Part shown: positions 45,527 through 55,520 of the stretch, in pieces
Layout: each line of letters starts with the position of its first letter
Position numbering within the stretch: position 1 is the stretch's first letter
Assembly (NCBI GenBank): GCA_041736805.1
Contig: JBGSSW010000016.1
Coordinates: forward strand, 130,526-194,525
From: Minisyncoccia bacterium
GTDB lineage: Bacteria; Patescibacteriota; Minisyncoccia; Phycocordibacterales; UBA918
Length of the DNA stretch: 64,000 nt
Direction: 5' to 3'
Translations under genes and position numbers: made by a program
The notes under the pieces: generated by a model
Seen by the model: only the letters and a program-made list of their open reading frames with translations
Told to the model about the DNA's origin: nothing
Database searches by the model: none

Positions 45527-46534
45527 ATGTCAGAAGAACAATATGATTTCGTGGCAATCGGTGACATTGTCATAGACGCTTTTATTCAACTTAACAAAGA
45601 TGCAGCCGATGTAAGTAAGGATATGGACACGGGGCGACAAACCCTGCACATGCCTTTTGGTAACAAACTACAATATGATGATGTTGTCGTTGTAAACGCA
45701 GTTGGTAATTCACCCAATGCCGCTGTTTCTGCTCATCGTCTAGGTCTAAAGACAGCCTTAGTGGCTAGTCTAGGACAAGACCGTAACGGTAAGGACTGTC
45801 TCGAGACTCTGCGTACAGAAGGTGTCCATACCGACTATGTAAAATTGTTTGAAGGCAAGGAAACAAATTATCATTACGTTTTGCGCTATGGCCCAGAACG
45901 AACAATTCTAATTAAGCACGAAAAGTTTCCTTACACGCTGCCTGATTTTCAGGTTCCACCAAGGTATTTATATTTCTCTTCAATTGGAGAACATGGTTTA
46001 CCTTTTCACTTTGAAATCGCTCAATACGTCAAAGAACACGGTTCAAAACTAGTCTTCCAGCCCGGTACTTTCCAAATTAAATTAGGTTACGAAGCCTTAA
46101 AAGAACTCTACTTAGTAACCGAGATATTTTTCTGCAATTTGGAAGAGGCTCAGGAGATTCTTCAAACTGACGAACAACATGTTCCCACTTTGCTTAGAAA
46201 ATTTAAAGAGCTAGGGCCAAAACTGCCAGTTATCACTGATGGTCCAAATGGCGCCTATGTAGTTGATGAAGAAGACCAAGCTTGGCATATGCCGATGTAT
46301 CCAGACCCAGCTCCACCAGTTGACCGTACTGGCGCCGGAGACTCCTTTTCTTCAACTTTCACTGCTGCTATTGCTATGGGTAAGACACCAGCCGAAGCTT
46401 TGACTTGGGGTCCAGTAAATTCTATGTCGGTTGTCCAATATGTGGGAGCTCAAAAAGGACTTTTGACCCAAGAAGAATTACAAAAATATCTGGCTCAAAA
46501 ACCAGCTGAATACGAAGCCAAAAAAATTGATTAA
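45527..46534 (+). CDS. PfkB-family carbohydrate kinase (ribokinase-like).
   Basis: Start MSEEQYDFVAIGDIVIDAF.... C-terminal DRTGAGDSFSSTFTAAIAMG matches the PfkB signature (D.TGAGD). Confidence 0.8.
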   Translation: MSEEQYDFVAIGDIVIDAFIQLNKDAADVSKDMDTGRQTLHMPFGNKLQYDDVVVVNAVGNSPNAAVSAHRLGLKTALVASLGQDRNGKDCLETLRTEGVHTDYVKLFEGKETNYHYVLRYGPERTILIKHEKFPYTLPDFQVPPRYLYFSSIGEHGLPFHFEIAQYVKEHGSKLVFQPGTFQIKLGYEALKELYLVTEIFFCNLEEAQEILQTDEQHVPTLLRKFKELGPKLPVITDGPNGAYVVDEEDQAWHMPMYPDPAPPVDRTGAGDSFSSTFTAAIAMGKTPAEALTWGPVNSMSVVQYVGAQKGLLTQEELQKYLAQKPAEYEAKKID

Positions 46535-46546
46535 GTAATATAAACA

Positions 46547-46584
46547 AAAAGCCGCCGACTTAAAAGTCGGCGGCGTTTTGTTTT
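46547..46584. terminator. Bidirectional terminator.
   Basis: aaaagccgccgact taaaa gtcggcggc gttttgtttt. Confidence 0.7.
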
Positions 46585-46599
46585 AGTCTCCCTAAAAAA

Positions 46600-47589
46600 T
46601 TAATCTTTCAAAGCTGAGTGTGCGGCCACCATGATACCCTGCACTCCCATGCCATAATGTTCTATTAGTTCCTCAGGCTCCCCTGATTGTCCAAACTGGT
46701 CATCAACTCCGACTCTAACAGTTTTAATTGGTAAAGCTTCACTTAAGTACTCTGTCACTGCCCCACCCAAGCCGCCGGCCCTTTGGTGCTCTTCAACAGT
46801 AACGAGACCATCATGTTCTTTAGCTAATTTTAACAAAGCCTCAGTATCAAGTGGTTTAATGGTTGGCATATGCAGGACGGTAACCCCAATTCCCTCCTCC
46901 TCTAGCGTCTTAGCCGCTTTTAAAGCGTTAAAAAGCAATGTTCCAGTAACTACGATTCCAACCGATTTTTCAAAATCCGTATTCTTACTATACATTACAA
47001 CCGCTTTACCAATTTCAAACGGAGACTCCGGAGTGGTGACCACTGGTGTATTACTTCGCCCGACTCTAATATAAACCGGTCCTTCATATTTGGCAGCAGC
47101 CAAAACTGCTTTCCTAGCTTCATGCACATCGGCTGGAGCAATTACTATCATCTTTGGGACAACTCTCATTAGAGCAATGTCTTCTATGGCCTGGTGAGTA
47201 GCTCCATCAGGACCAACGGAAACTCCAGCATGAGCGCCAATAATTTTTACATTACTTTCATTGTAAGCAATGGTTGTTCTTATTTGTTCCCAATTCCTGC
47301 CTGGTGAAAACATGGCGTAAGAAGCGATGAAAGGTACCTTACCCATGGCTGACATTCCTGAAGCCACGGAGGCCATATTTTGTTCGGTGATTCCCACTTG
47401 GATAAATCTATCAGGATAAGCTTCAGCAAAAGGTAAGGTTCGAGTAGATTCAGTTAAGTCTGCGCAAAGGGCGACCACGTTCGTATCTCTCTTAGCTGCT
47501 TCAAACAGGCCCTCACCATAGCCGTTACGGCTTGGCAAACTATCCATCTCTTCAGTATCAAACTTTTTGTCAATGTGAGGTGCGAGCAT
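46600..47589 (-). CDS. tktB: Transketolase, C-terminal section (pyrimidine-binding + C-terminal domains), split-gene form.
   Basis: FIQVGITEQNMASVASGMSAMGKVPFIASYAMF is the Pyr domain. It is paired with the upstream N-terminal subunit gene. Confidence 0.9.
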   Translation of the reverse strand: MLAPHIDKKFDTEEMDSLPSRNGYGEGLFEAAKRDTNVVALCADLTESTRTLPFAEAYPDRFIQVGITEQNMASVASGMSAMGKVPFIASYAMFSPGRNWEQIRTTIAYNESNVKIIGAHAGVSVGPDGATHQAIEDIALMRVVPKMIVIAPADVHEARKAVLAAAKYEGPVYIRVGRSNTPVVTTPESPFEIGKAVVMYSKNTDFEKSVGIVVTGTLLFNALKAAKTLEEEGIGVTVLHMPTIKPLDTEALLKLAKEHDGLVTVEEHQRAGGLGGAVTEYLSEALPIKTVRVGVDDQFGQSGEPEELIEHYGMGVQGIMVAAHSALKD

Positions 47590-47734
47590 AATGAATTAAA
47601 TAAATAGAAATAAAAATGAGAAACTTAGAAAAATGAATAAAGTTCGTGGCAGACGAGAGGAATACTCATGAGGCATATGTGGATATATGTTGAATGATAT
47701 TTCGCGAAGACTAAAGAAAAAGTTTGCCATTTTA

Positions 47735-48631
47735 CTAAGTTATATCCTCTTTAGAGATTAATCCGGCCAGAGTGCGCAGCTTTTCTAAAGCTACCTCGAC
47801 TTGCTTGTTCTTGGGAACTTTATCTTCCGGTCCCTTGCCTGGGGGATTGCCGTGCCAACGAAAGTCTCGTTCAAAAACATCCACTCCTTTAGAAGCAATG
47901 GTATGAGCAATGATAAGTGATGGTTGACTGTAGACGGCTTGAGCTTTTCCAATCGCATCATTGACTGCCCTCATGTTGTGTCCATCTACTTCTTGGACGT
48001 CAAAGTTAAAAGCTTCGAATTTTTCTGCTAGTGGTTCAAGTGGCATGACATCCTTAGTGTAACCATCAATTTGAATTCCATTTCTATCAACAATCACAAT
48101 TAAATTATGTAGTTTCTCCTTACCTGCTAGTAAGGCAGCCTCCCAAATCTGACCTTCATTAAGTTCTCCATCTCCAGTTAAGCAATATATATATTTTGAT
48201 GAGTATGGATTATCAATCCTTTCCGCCAAAGCCATCCCAACAGCTTGTGATAGTCCAGACCCTAAAGGTCCTGAAGTAGTCTCTAAACCAGGTAAGGCCG
48301 TCCGGTGTGGATGTCCTTGTAAACGAGTACCAAACTTACGTAGTGTAAGTAACTCCTCCACCGGAAAATAGCCGGCATGGGCTAGTGTTGCATATAAAAC
48401 CGGACAGATATGACCATTAGAAAGTATCAATCTATCTCGATCAGGCCAAAGTGGATTCTTAGCATCATGCTGCAAGACTTTAAAATAAAGCAAGGTAAAG
48501 ATATCAGCCATTCCCAAAGGCCCAGCTGTGTGACCACTGCCAGCGGCGACAAGCATCTCAATAATACTCTGCCGAATCTGATTGGCTTTTAATTCTAAAA
48601 AATTTACTTCTTTTGAGGTTAGATAATGCAT
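47735..48631 (-). CDS. tktA: Transketolase, N-terminal section (TPP-binding), split-gene form.
   Basis: Start MHYLTSKE...LVAAGSGHTAGPLGMADIFTLLY...GDGELNEGQIWEA. The ORF's longer N-terminal extension (MDDTTTTS...) is unlikely to be used. Confidence 0.88.
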   Translation of the reverse strand: MHYLTSKEVNFLELKANQIRQSIIEMLVAAGSGHTAGPLGMADIFTLLYFKVLQHDAKNPLWPDRDRLILSNGHICPVLYATLAHAGYFPVEELLTLRKFGTRLQGHPHRTALPGLETTSGPLGSGLSQAVGMALAERIDNPYSSKYIYCLTGDGELNEGQIWEAALLAGKEKLHNLIVIVDRNGIQIDGYTKDVMPLEPLAEKFEAFNFDVQEVDGHNMRAVNDAIGKAQAVYSQPSLIIAHTIASKGVDVFERDFRWHGNPPGKGPEDKVPKNKQVEVALEKLRTLAGLISKEDIT

Positions 48632-48727
48632 ATTGAACCCTAGTAGTATAACAGTAGCTAGTGCAGAAGTGGTAGTCGTATCATCCACAATTCTGTCCTA
48701 AGCCAGGAATTTTATCAATAAATCTAC

Positions 48728-49375
48728 TTAACTAATTATTTTTTGTAATTCAGTATGGGCCAAACGAGGGTTGTCGGTTCCCACAATAGCTGAGCCACAA
48801 ATAAACCTGTCTGCCCCAGCCATCGCTATTCTAGCAATAGTATTTTTATTGACACTTCCGTCAACGGTAATTGAATGTTTAGGAAAGCTTTTTCTTAATT
48901 CCGCTATGCGCTCAAATAACCTCTCATCGAGCGGTAGTCCCTGAGCACCGATTTTAGCAATTCCCATTAACTGAATGTAATCGGCCACTTCTACGTAAGA
49001 TTTTAGCGTATCAATTGAAGTGTCATTTGAAGCAGATATTCCAATCGAAATTTTGGAATTATCTACGAAGCGTTTAAAAGCCTCTAGATTAATTGTCTCA
49101 GTATGAAAGACCAACATATCCGCTCCAGCCTCAAGCCAAGCATCGGCTGCCTCAAGGGGCTTTTCCACCATCAAGTCTACCTCAAGGGTAAAACTGTCAG
49201 TTATTTGGCGGACATCTTTTGGTATCCCCACTGGATAATAAGGCCAAGAACTAAACGGTACAAATTTTCCATCTACCACATCAATATGTATTTCTGGTGA
49301 AAAAAGTAACTTCGGCAAAAGCGCCTCGATTTGCTTGGCTGAAGTTGGAATAATGGCGGGTACAATTGGAATCAT
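48728..49375 (-). CDS. rpe: Ribulose-phosphate 3-epimerase.
   Basis: HIDVVDGKFVP and MLVFHTE match the Rpe TIM-barrel metal-binding motifs. It overlaps rpiB by 4 nt. Confidence 0.8.
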   Translation of the reverse strand: MIPIVPAIIPTSAKQIEALLPKLLFSPEIHIDVVDGKFVPFSSWPYYPVGIPKDVRQITDSFTLEVDLMVEKPLEAADAWLEAGADMLVFHTETINLEAFKRFVDNSKISIGISASNDTSIDTLKSYVEVADYIQLMGIAKIGAQGLPLDERLFERIAELRKSFPKHSITVDGSVNKNTIARIAMAGADRFICGSAIVGTDNPRLAHTELQKIIS

Positions 49376-49860
49376 AGACGATGAATTTCTTTAGCGATAG
49401 ATTGAATCTTTAAGTTACGACGACGATATTTTTCATCTTCAAGTACACTGCCTTGGAGCCATTCCCAAATCACTTCTTTAGTCTCATCCACATCAACAAA
49501 CCTGGCCCCGATAGATAAGATGTTGGCGTCGTTGTGCGCTCGCGATAATTTAATTATTTCCTTATTACCACCATAGTAAACGGTTGCTCTCACATTTGGA
49601 TAGCGATTGGCCATCATTGCTTCCCCTTCCCCCGAGGCACCAAAGATTATCCCCCAAGAACCTTCTGGATTTTGATTAACCGCCTGCGCGGCTAATTTAA
49701 TGAAATCAGGAAAATCATCCTCGGCCTCGTAAATTTTTGCTCCATAATCAATCACCTCATATCCATTCTCCTTCAACCATTCTCTTACCAATTCCTTATG
49801 TTCAAAGCCCGCATGATCTGTGGCTAAATGAATTATTTTGGTTTTAGATTGAGAAGACAT
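49372..49860 (-). CDS. rpiB: Ribose-5-phosphate isomerase B.
   Basis: KIIHLATDHAGFEHKELVREWLKENGYEVIDYGA is the RpiB/LacAB signature. Confidence 0.9.
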   Translation of the reverse strand: MSSQSKTKIIHLATDHAGFEHKELVREWLKENGYEVIDYGAKIYEAEDDFPDFIKLAAQAVNQNPEGSWGIIFGASGEGEAMMANRYPNVRATVYYGGNKEIIKLSRAHNDANILSIGARFVDVDETKEVIWEWLQGSVLEDEKYRRRNLKIQSIAKEIHRL

Positions 49861-49867
49861 GTGCTAT

Positions 49868-50890
49868 TTACACGTACTTAGAAATTTCCTTAACATGCTC
49901 TACTAATGTCTGAGTGTAACTTGTCTCGTTATCATACCAGGCTAAGACCTTAACCAAGTTGCCTCCGACTACTTTAGTAAAAGATAAATCAGCAATCGAA
50001 CCTACTCTGGAACCAATAATATCAGTTGAAACAATTTCCTCAGCAGTAACTGCAAATAGGTGCTTCCAGCGCGACTCTCCAGCCGCTTTTACTAAAGCTT
50101 GATTAACTTCTTCAACTGTCGTGTTGCGACTAGCAATAAAAGTAACATCGACTATCGAACCAACCGGGACCGGCACCCGCATCGCAATACCATCAAATTT
50201 ATCTTTGAGTTCTGGGTGAGCTAAGGTAGTAGCAATAGCTGCTCCCGTCGTGCTCGGAACAATATTAAGTGCTGCGGCTCTTCCAGCGCGAAAATCTCTC
50301 TTACTTGGGCTATCAACCAGTGCTTGTGAGGCGGTATAGGCATGGACAGTATTTAAAACCGCTTTATCAATTCCTATCGCTTCTTTTAAGATAGCAATTA
50401 ACGGACTAGTGGCATTGGTAGTACAAGAAGCATTAGAAGATACCTGGCAAGTCTTGAGAGCCTCGTGGTTGACTCCCATTAGTACTGTAGCGCCAGTTAT
50501 ACCTACAGCGACCGGATCACCCTTTACCGGGGCAGATATAACGACACGCTTTGCTCCCGCATCTAGGTGTAATTTTGAACCTTCGTAAGTAGCAAAAAAT
50601 CCAGTTGACTCTACTACCACATCAATATTCAAATCTTTCCAAGGCAGTTTATTGGGTTCTCGTTCCTGCGTAAAAGCCACTTTCCTTCCTTGTACCAACA
50701 AAGACCCGTCTTTAATTTCAACCGAGAAAGGGCTTCGTCCGTAGACAGAATCATATTCAAGTAAATAAGCTAAATTTTCTAAATCACCAAGATCATTGAT
50801 AGCTACTACTTCAAATTCAGGAGAACCGTAAGCTAGACGGAAAAAAGTTCTGCCGATGCGACCAAAACCATTAATTGCTACACGAACCAT
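49868..50890 (-). CDS. gap: Glyceraldehyde-3-phosphate dehydrogenase.
   Basis: MVRVAINGFGRIGR (NAD-binding) and SNASCTTNATSPL (catalytic Cys). Confidence 0.95.
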   Translation of the reverse strand: MVRVAINGFGRIGRTFFRLAYGSPEFEVVAINDLGDLENLAYLLEYDSVYGRSPFSVEIKDGSLLVQGRKVAFTQEREPNKLPWKDLNIDVVVESTGFFATYEGSKLHLDAGAKRVVISAPVKGDPVAVGITGATVLMGVNHEALKTCQVSSNASCTTNATSPLIAILKEAIGIDKAVLNTVHAYTASQALVDSPSKRDFRAGRAAALNIVPSTTGAAIATTLAHPELKDKFDGIAMRVPVPVGSIVDVTFIASRNTTVEEVNQALVKAAGESRWKHLFAVTAEEIVSTDIIGSRVGSIADLSFTKVVGGNLVKVLAWYDNETSYTQTLVEHVKEISKYV

Positions 50891-50952
50891 AGATACTATT
50901 TAAAACTTATGACTAACTACTAATACTATAACGGTAAAATCAGAAAACGACA

Positions 50953-52527
50953 CTAGGTCTTATCCTCAGCTTCTTTAGAACGCTTCCATAGTAAAAACAA
51001 AATCAAACATAAAGCTAAGAAAATAAGTGAGGAGATAGAATAAATTGGTTGCCACATTCTTACTAATTTGTCCGGAAAAAATACTTCACCCATCGATTCT
51101 TTTGCGGCTATAAAGTTAATTTGTTTTCGATAACGTCCAATTATTTCTCGCTCAAAATCATAAATTTCAATCTGTAATCGCGCCGTTCCCATCACCCTTA
51201 AAGGAGCAATAATAGCCTCATAGGCACTGCGGTCTTTGTTGATGCGCAAAAGAAAAGAATAACTTCTACCAAAATCAGCTGGGTCAGACAAAGTAACGAT
51301 AATTGATTTTAGGTGCTGTGGTAAGGAACCAAACGGAATACTAATAACAAAAGCTTCATTTTCAAGTAAATTAATAACCTCATCATCAAAAGTAAAATTA
51401 TTTCCCCCTTGACTCAAGTTGATATTATTAGCTGAAAAACCAAAATCAGGCACTTCGATAAGTTCTTCTTCAAAGGGGTCTTCTACTCCAGTGCTGGTGG
51501 CTGTAGTGACAAAATCCCCCGTTACTCTTCTAGCTCTCACCACCGCTCCCGATGAAACAGAACCCGTATTGTCAAAAACAAAGACAGTGTAATATTGATT
51601 GTTGTAGTTGGCTAAGGCTCCACTATCAAAATAAGAACTGACCTTCCCTTCATATATTATCGCTCCGTCATTTGGGTCTGTTGGGTAGCCCAGATAACTT
51701 CTGACGATTCTAATCCTAGAATCAACTTCAGAAAAAGGCATTTCCCAACTCAAACTAACGTCACTGCCCGTTACCGTCGCTTGAAGATTTTGTACGTTGG
51801 CTGGATTTAAATTTTCTTTTGCTTTTGTTTTAAACTGACCTTTTTTTAGAGAGACGGCAATTCCACTTGGACCATAACCAATCAATTCATAAAGGTAAAC
51901 GGTTCCTGGTTCTAGTTCATTAATTAGCGTCTGGTGTTTACTATGATAAATATCGTTTAAAATGTAGCCATCATCATAAGAATCGTCTCTTCCCCATCTT
52001 AGTGAAAAACGAGAAGCCATGTTTGTTTGCCAAGTAAAAGTAGCCTCATTAGTATTTGTCTCTATAGCAAAACCGTCTAGTCTTAAAAGTAGTGTTCCAG
52101 AATTGTTTGGCGTCGACGAAGCGGTAGGAGTAACAATAACTGGTACATCGGGAGTTGTAGTTGAAAGCGAATTAGAAGTTGTCGAAATATTGTTATACAA
52201 GTCAAAAGCATAGACTTCGTAGGCATAAGTAGTTGAGGCCAGCAAACCATTATCTAGGTAAGTAGTTAGTGTAGTAGTAGCAATTGGTGCCCCGTCTCTA
52301 AATAATACATAGCCACTAAGTAAAATATTGTCCGTTGAAGCACTCCAAGTAACATCAATTTGAGTTGAAGCTACCGGGATCACTGACAACATAACGGGGG
52401 TAGTTGGCGGAATTAAATCATCTCCCACTAAAGCACTAATAGTAAAATCACTGGTAACCTGAGCCAAGAGTAAATTTGGTAAAAAAAATATGCCAACTAT
52501 AATTATAAATAGAAACTTTTTTCTCAT
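50953..52527 (-). CDS. Surface protein with signal peptide, fibronectin-III-like domain(s) and a C-terminal TM anchor (524 aa).
   Basis: MRKKFLFIIIVGIFFLPNLLLAQ signal. PPTTPVMLSVIPVASTQIDVTWSAS is FN3-like. C-terminal LIFLALCLILFLLWKRSKEAEDKT. It is the last gene of a four-gene operon (4-nt overlap with the upstream gene). Confidence 0.5.
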   Translation of the reverse strand: MRKKFLFIIIVGIFFLPNLLLAQVTSDFTISALVGDDLIPPTTPVMLSVIPVASTQIDVTWSASTDNILLSGYVLFRDGAPIATTTLTTYLDNGLLASTTYAYEVYAFDLYNNISTTSNSLSTTTPDVPVIVTPTASSTPNNSGTLLLRLDGFAIETNTNEATFTWQTNMASRFSLRWGRDDSYDDGYILNDIYHSKHQTLINELEPGTVYLYELIGYGPSGIAVSLKKGQFKTKAKENLNPANVQNLQATVTGSDVSLSWEMPFSEVDSRIRIVRSYLGYPTDPNDGAIIYEGKVSSYFDSGALANYNNQYYTVFVFDNTGSVSSGAVVRARRVTGDFVTTATSTGVEDPFEEELIEVPDFGFSANNINLSQGGNNFTFDDEVINLLENEAFVISIPFGSLPQHLKSIIVTLSDPADFGRSYSFLLRINKDRSAYEAIIAPLRVMGTARLQIEIYDFEREIIGRYRKQINFIAAKESMGEVFFPDKLVRMWQPIYSISSLIFLALCLILFLLWKRSKEAEDKT

Positions 52528-53291
52528 ATCGGTAAGGCTGTCAAAGTAGTAGTTGCTATGTAAGTTCCTGCGATTACCCCAGCACTAGAACCAACCCCGA
52601 CTCTGAAATTAATTGTGGTAGTAGCACCATTTGGTTGATTAGCACCCCCCTCTGCAATCAGTATCTCTGTGGTGGAAAGACCAGTCCAACAAGCGAGAGT
52701 CGAGTCAAGTGCCCCAACCCCACAAGCAGTTCCGTTATCCTTAAAATAATTTGTAATATCACTCCCTTCTGGTGAAAAGCCAAAATAGGCCGCACTGCTA
52801 GGAGTAATAAAAGTATAATCAGCTGCTGGAGTAGAAGATGCAACATAATCAGCGATGGAATCAGCTCCTTTATTCATCGCCGGAGCTGACTCGGCTTGAA
52901 TGGTCAACTGATAACCACTTGGACTATCAGTCAAAACTGAGACGCTGGTTGAGCCGTTTGAAACTCCCCCAGTTAAACCGCCAATGTTGGGTGTCAGTAA
53001 AACATTAGCCGCGTCAGTCAAACTTAGAAAGACCTCCTGCATCTGCTGGTAACCAGCTCTAAGTTTATAAGTTGCACTATCAGACGGGCCAGTAGCAATT
53101 TCTCCTGCTGTACTTTCTAGGCTGTAATTAGTTGAGGTGGAAAGCCCGCCGGCAAAATTAACACTGTCGCTTTGTAATTGATAACTAGGACTAGTTCTAA
53201 CTTGCGCATTTGCAACTGACAATAATACCAGAACAATGGTGGTTAGAACTGAAGCTTGAAAGAAGATTTTAAATAAAGAACTGAAGCACAT
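52524..53291 (-). CDS. Secreted hypothetical protein (255 aa), paralog of 54399..55106. Possibly WxL-like.
   Basis: Signal peptide. Shared C-terminal block ...CW.....TYIATTTLTALPI vs ...CW.....TYIATATLTVAPQ. Confidence 0.5.
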   Translation of the reverse strand: MCFSSLFKIFFQASVLTTIVLVLLSVANAQVRTSPSYQLQSDSVNFAGGLSTSTNYSLESTAGEIATGPSDSATYKLRAGYQQMQEVFLSLTDAANVLLTPNIGGLTGGVSNGSTSVSVLTDSPSGYQLTIQAESAPAMNKGADSIADYVASSTPAADYTFITPSSAAYFGFSPEGSDITNYFKDNGTACGVGALDSTLACWTGLSTTEILIAEGGANQPNGATTTINFRVGVGSSAGVIAGTYIATTTLTALPI

Positions 53292-53294
53292 ATT

Positions 53295-54383
53295 TTAACC
53301 ACGACGTTTAAATTCAAACGTGCGGAAGAAAAATCTAATACCAAACAAAACAACAAATAAAATTAAAAATGCCCCACCGACTATTCTCCAAGGTAACACC
53401 CAGAAAGTTATGGTTTTTTCATCAACAATGTCATCGTAACCACGGTTGATAGAAACAGTTGCTGTGTAGCGTCCTAGTAAAATCTCCCGACTCCAGCTCA
53501 CCTCACGTGTGCGCAGAGATTTAGGCAAAGAGAACCAAGGCTCTAGTTCCAAAAAGCCAACTTCTTCATTAAAAATATTTCTAATTCGCAGTTCGCCATA
53601 GGGATTTAGATGGACTGAACCAGTGTTCTCGTAGAGAATAGCAAAGTCTATCGGACCTTTTTCATACCAGAGTTTTTTATTCACAACAGTAAAATCTTTT
53701 ACTTCTCCGCCTTTTTGTATCTCACCCGGTACAGTTATGAAAAATAAAGTCCCAATACGAGCAATTATAGGTGAGCGTGTGACAATTCCTTCGTCTTCAT
53801 CTTCATTAATCCTGAGGGTTGAAGTTAAAATACTTCCATAGTAACCACCCGGCTCAGCATCTTTTGGAATACTTATGGTTACAGGAATCCTAGCTCTTTC
53901 ACCTAAGTTTAAATCAAAAGTATTGCTAGGAAATGAAATATAATCTTTTATACTATAAGGCCCTCGTTCATCACCGAGTAAGATAGCTGCTCTACTACCA
54001 TCAGTGGATCCGGCAATGTCTTCAACCACTAGCTCAAATCTTCTACCGTCACTAATCCGATTAGCGACTGAAATTTCGTAAACAACGGTTTGTCCAGGCT
54101 TAATTTCTAACTCAGCTCTACCTGGACCAACTACAAAATCTCCCTGGTTTACAACTCCAGACAATTGCTCTACCTTAAACCAAGATCTATCATTGGCCAC
54201 TAACCTAGGAGTGGTTGTAGTAGCAGGTATAATGTCATTAACTAAAACAAGCTCCTCATTATCTATAATGGTCTCAGAGTTAGTCTGCGCCATTACTGCT
54301 CGGCTCCCTAATATCAATAAATAAGCAAGGACGAGAATGAAGAAAGCAAATTTTTTAACACCAAGCCGCGTAGTCATAATCAT
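53295..54383 (-). CDS. Surface protein with N-terminal signal and C-terminal TM anchor (362 aa). Its architecture is like DUF916/CscA-type proteins.
   Basis: MIMTTRLGVKKFAFFILVLAYLLILGSRAVMAQ. C-terminal GGAFLILFVVLFGIRFFFRTFEFKRRG. Confidence 0.45.
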   Translation of the reverse strand: MIMTTRLGVKKFAFFILVLAYLLILGSRAVMAQTNSETIIDNEELVLVNDIIPATTTTPRLVANDRSWFKVEQLSGVVNQGDFVVGPGRAELEIKPGQTVVYEISVANRISDGRRFELVVEDIAGSTDGSRAAILLGDERGPYSIKDYISFPSNTFDLNLGERARIPVTISIPKDAEPGGYYGSILTSTLRINEDEDEGIVTRSPIIARIGTLFFITVPGEIQKGGEVKDFTVVNKKLWYEKGPIDFAILYENTGSVHLNPYGELRIRNIFNEEVGFLELEPWFSLPKSLRTREVSWSREILLGRYTATVSINRGYDDIVDEKTITFWVLPWRIVGGAFLILFVVLFGIRFFFRTFEFKRRG

Positions 54384-54398
54384 CAGACTACAATACCT

Positions 54399-55106
54399 CT
54401 ATTGAGGAGCGACAGTCAAGGTTGCAGTAGCTATATATGTATCCGCCACTAGTCCCGGAGATGGATTATTTGGAACATGAACACGGAAATGCAGCGTTGA
54501 AGTTGCACCATTTACAGCCGAATTAGTTCTATTGATTAATTGAAAGTTTGACAGAGTTGGTTCCATCCAACAAAGATCATATGAAGCCCGAGATCCGGCC
54601 GGAGTATTACAAACCGTCGCCCCATCAGAAAGGAATGAATCGTCTAAGTCAGCGGTAACATTTGCTGTAACAGTGTAAGCAAAAACAGCGGCTGTACTAG
54701 CGGTTGAGAATAAGTAGGTTGGTTGTCCACCTGTACTAGGATAATCGCGAATTGATTCACTGGCTGTATTGCGACCCAACATAGCATTAGGAGTAGTGTT
54801 TGTGGCGTAGGCAATTGTCATTGTGTAGCCTGTAGGACTGTTGGTTTGCACTACCACTGTAGTAGAACCATTACCCTGTCCACCCGTGATACCGTTTATA
54901 CTACCTTGAAGGGTTGTATTTAAAGCGTCCACAATAAACGATGTCTCGCCAGTGATAACTTGAGAAATAGTGAAAGGACCACTAGTATCTTGCGCTCTAC
55001 CAACCTGCGGTTCAAGAAAGAAATACCCGGCGGCTAAAATGGCGAGGACGACAGCTGAAGCTACAAGGGCTTGGGTGGCTGAAATTAAATAATATTTTGT
55101 GTTCAT
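54399..55106 (-). CDS. Secreted hypothetical protein (235 aa), paralog of 52524..53291. It is the first gene of the operon.
   Basis: Signal/TM YYLISATQALVASAVVLAILAAGYFF and the shared C-terminal block. Confidence 0.5.
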   Translation of the reverse strand: MNTKYYLISATQALVASAVVLAILAAGYFFLEPQVGRAQDTSGPFTISQVITGETSFIVDALNTTLQGSINGITGGQGNGSTTVVVQTNSPTGYTMTIAYATNTTPNAMLGRNTASESIRDYPSTGGQPTYLFSTASTAAVFAYTVTANVTADLDDSFLSDGATVCNTPAGSRASYDLCWMEPTLSNFQLINRTNSAVNGATSTLHFRVHVPNNPSPGLVADTYIATATLTVAPQ

Positions 55107-55189
55107 ACATTTATAATTTGTTTAATACCATAATTTTAGCAAAGAATTGCTTTAATTGTTGGTTGAATTGATACTTTTGTGTATAACTT

Positions 55190-55520
55190 AAGGAGAAATA
55201 AGGAGGGACGAAGTCCCGACTATATTTTCCTTGACCTATTTTTTAAGGAGTGAAGCGACTATAAAAATGTAAGGTGAATTGCGGAGCAAGACAAGGTGAA
55301 TCATTGTCAATGAGAGAGGGTCCCCTGGGGGAGAAAATACCCTGGGGTGGAAATACTCTTGTGGTGATGCAGGCACTTAGCTGAGCCGCGACCTAATTTT
55401 TAATGACTGGAAGGAGTATAAAAATGTAAATACTCTTTGTGGTGGACCCCAAAGGGAGCGGTCAGCTGTAGCGAGCTGCCAAGGAGAAACGAAGTCCCGA
55501 CTATATTTTCCTTTGTCCAG
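55190..55520. repeat. Intergenic repeat cluster. Two copies of unit A (aaggagNacgaagtcccgactatattttcct) and two of unit B (aaggagt...ataaaaATGTAA) appear in the order A-B ... B-A. Unit B carries an RBS-ATG-TAA start-stop element.
   Basis: Copies of unit A are at about 55198-55232 and 55478-55512. Copies of unit B are at about 55243-55272 and 55413-55436. Additional repeats are aatactctt(t)gtggtg and ccctgggg. Confidence 0.5.

Noticed and set aside
55190-55520. Possible CRISPR array in the repeat-rich intergenic region
   Set aside because: The repeats come in two different unit types, in irregular order and spacing, with no uniform repeat-spacer periodicity. No cas genes are in the window.
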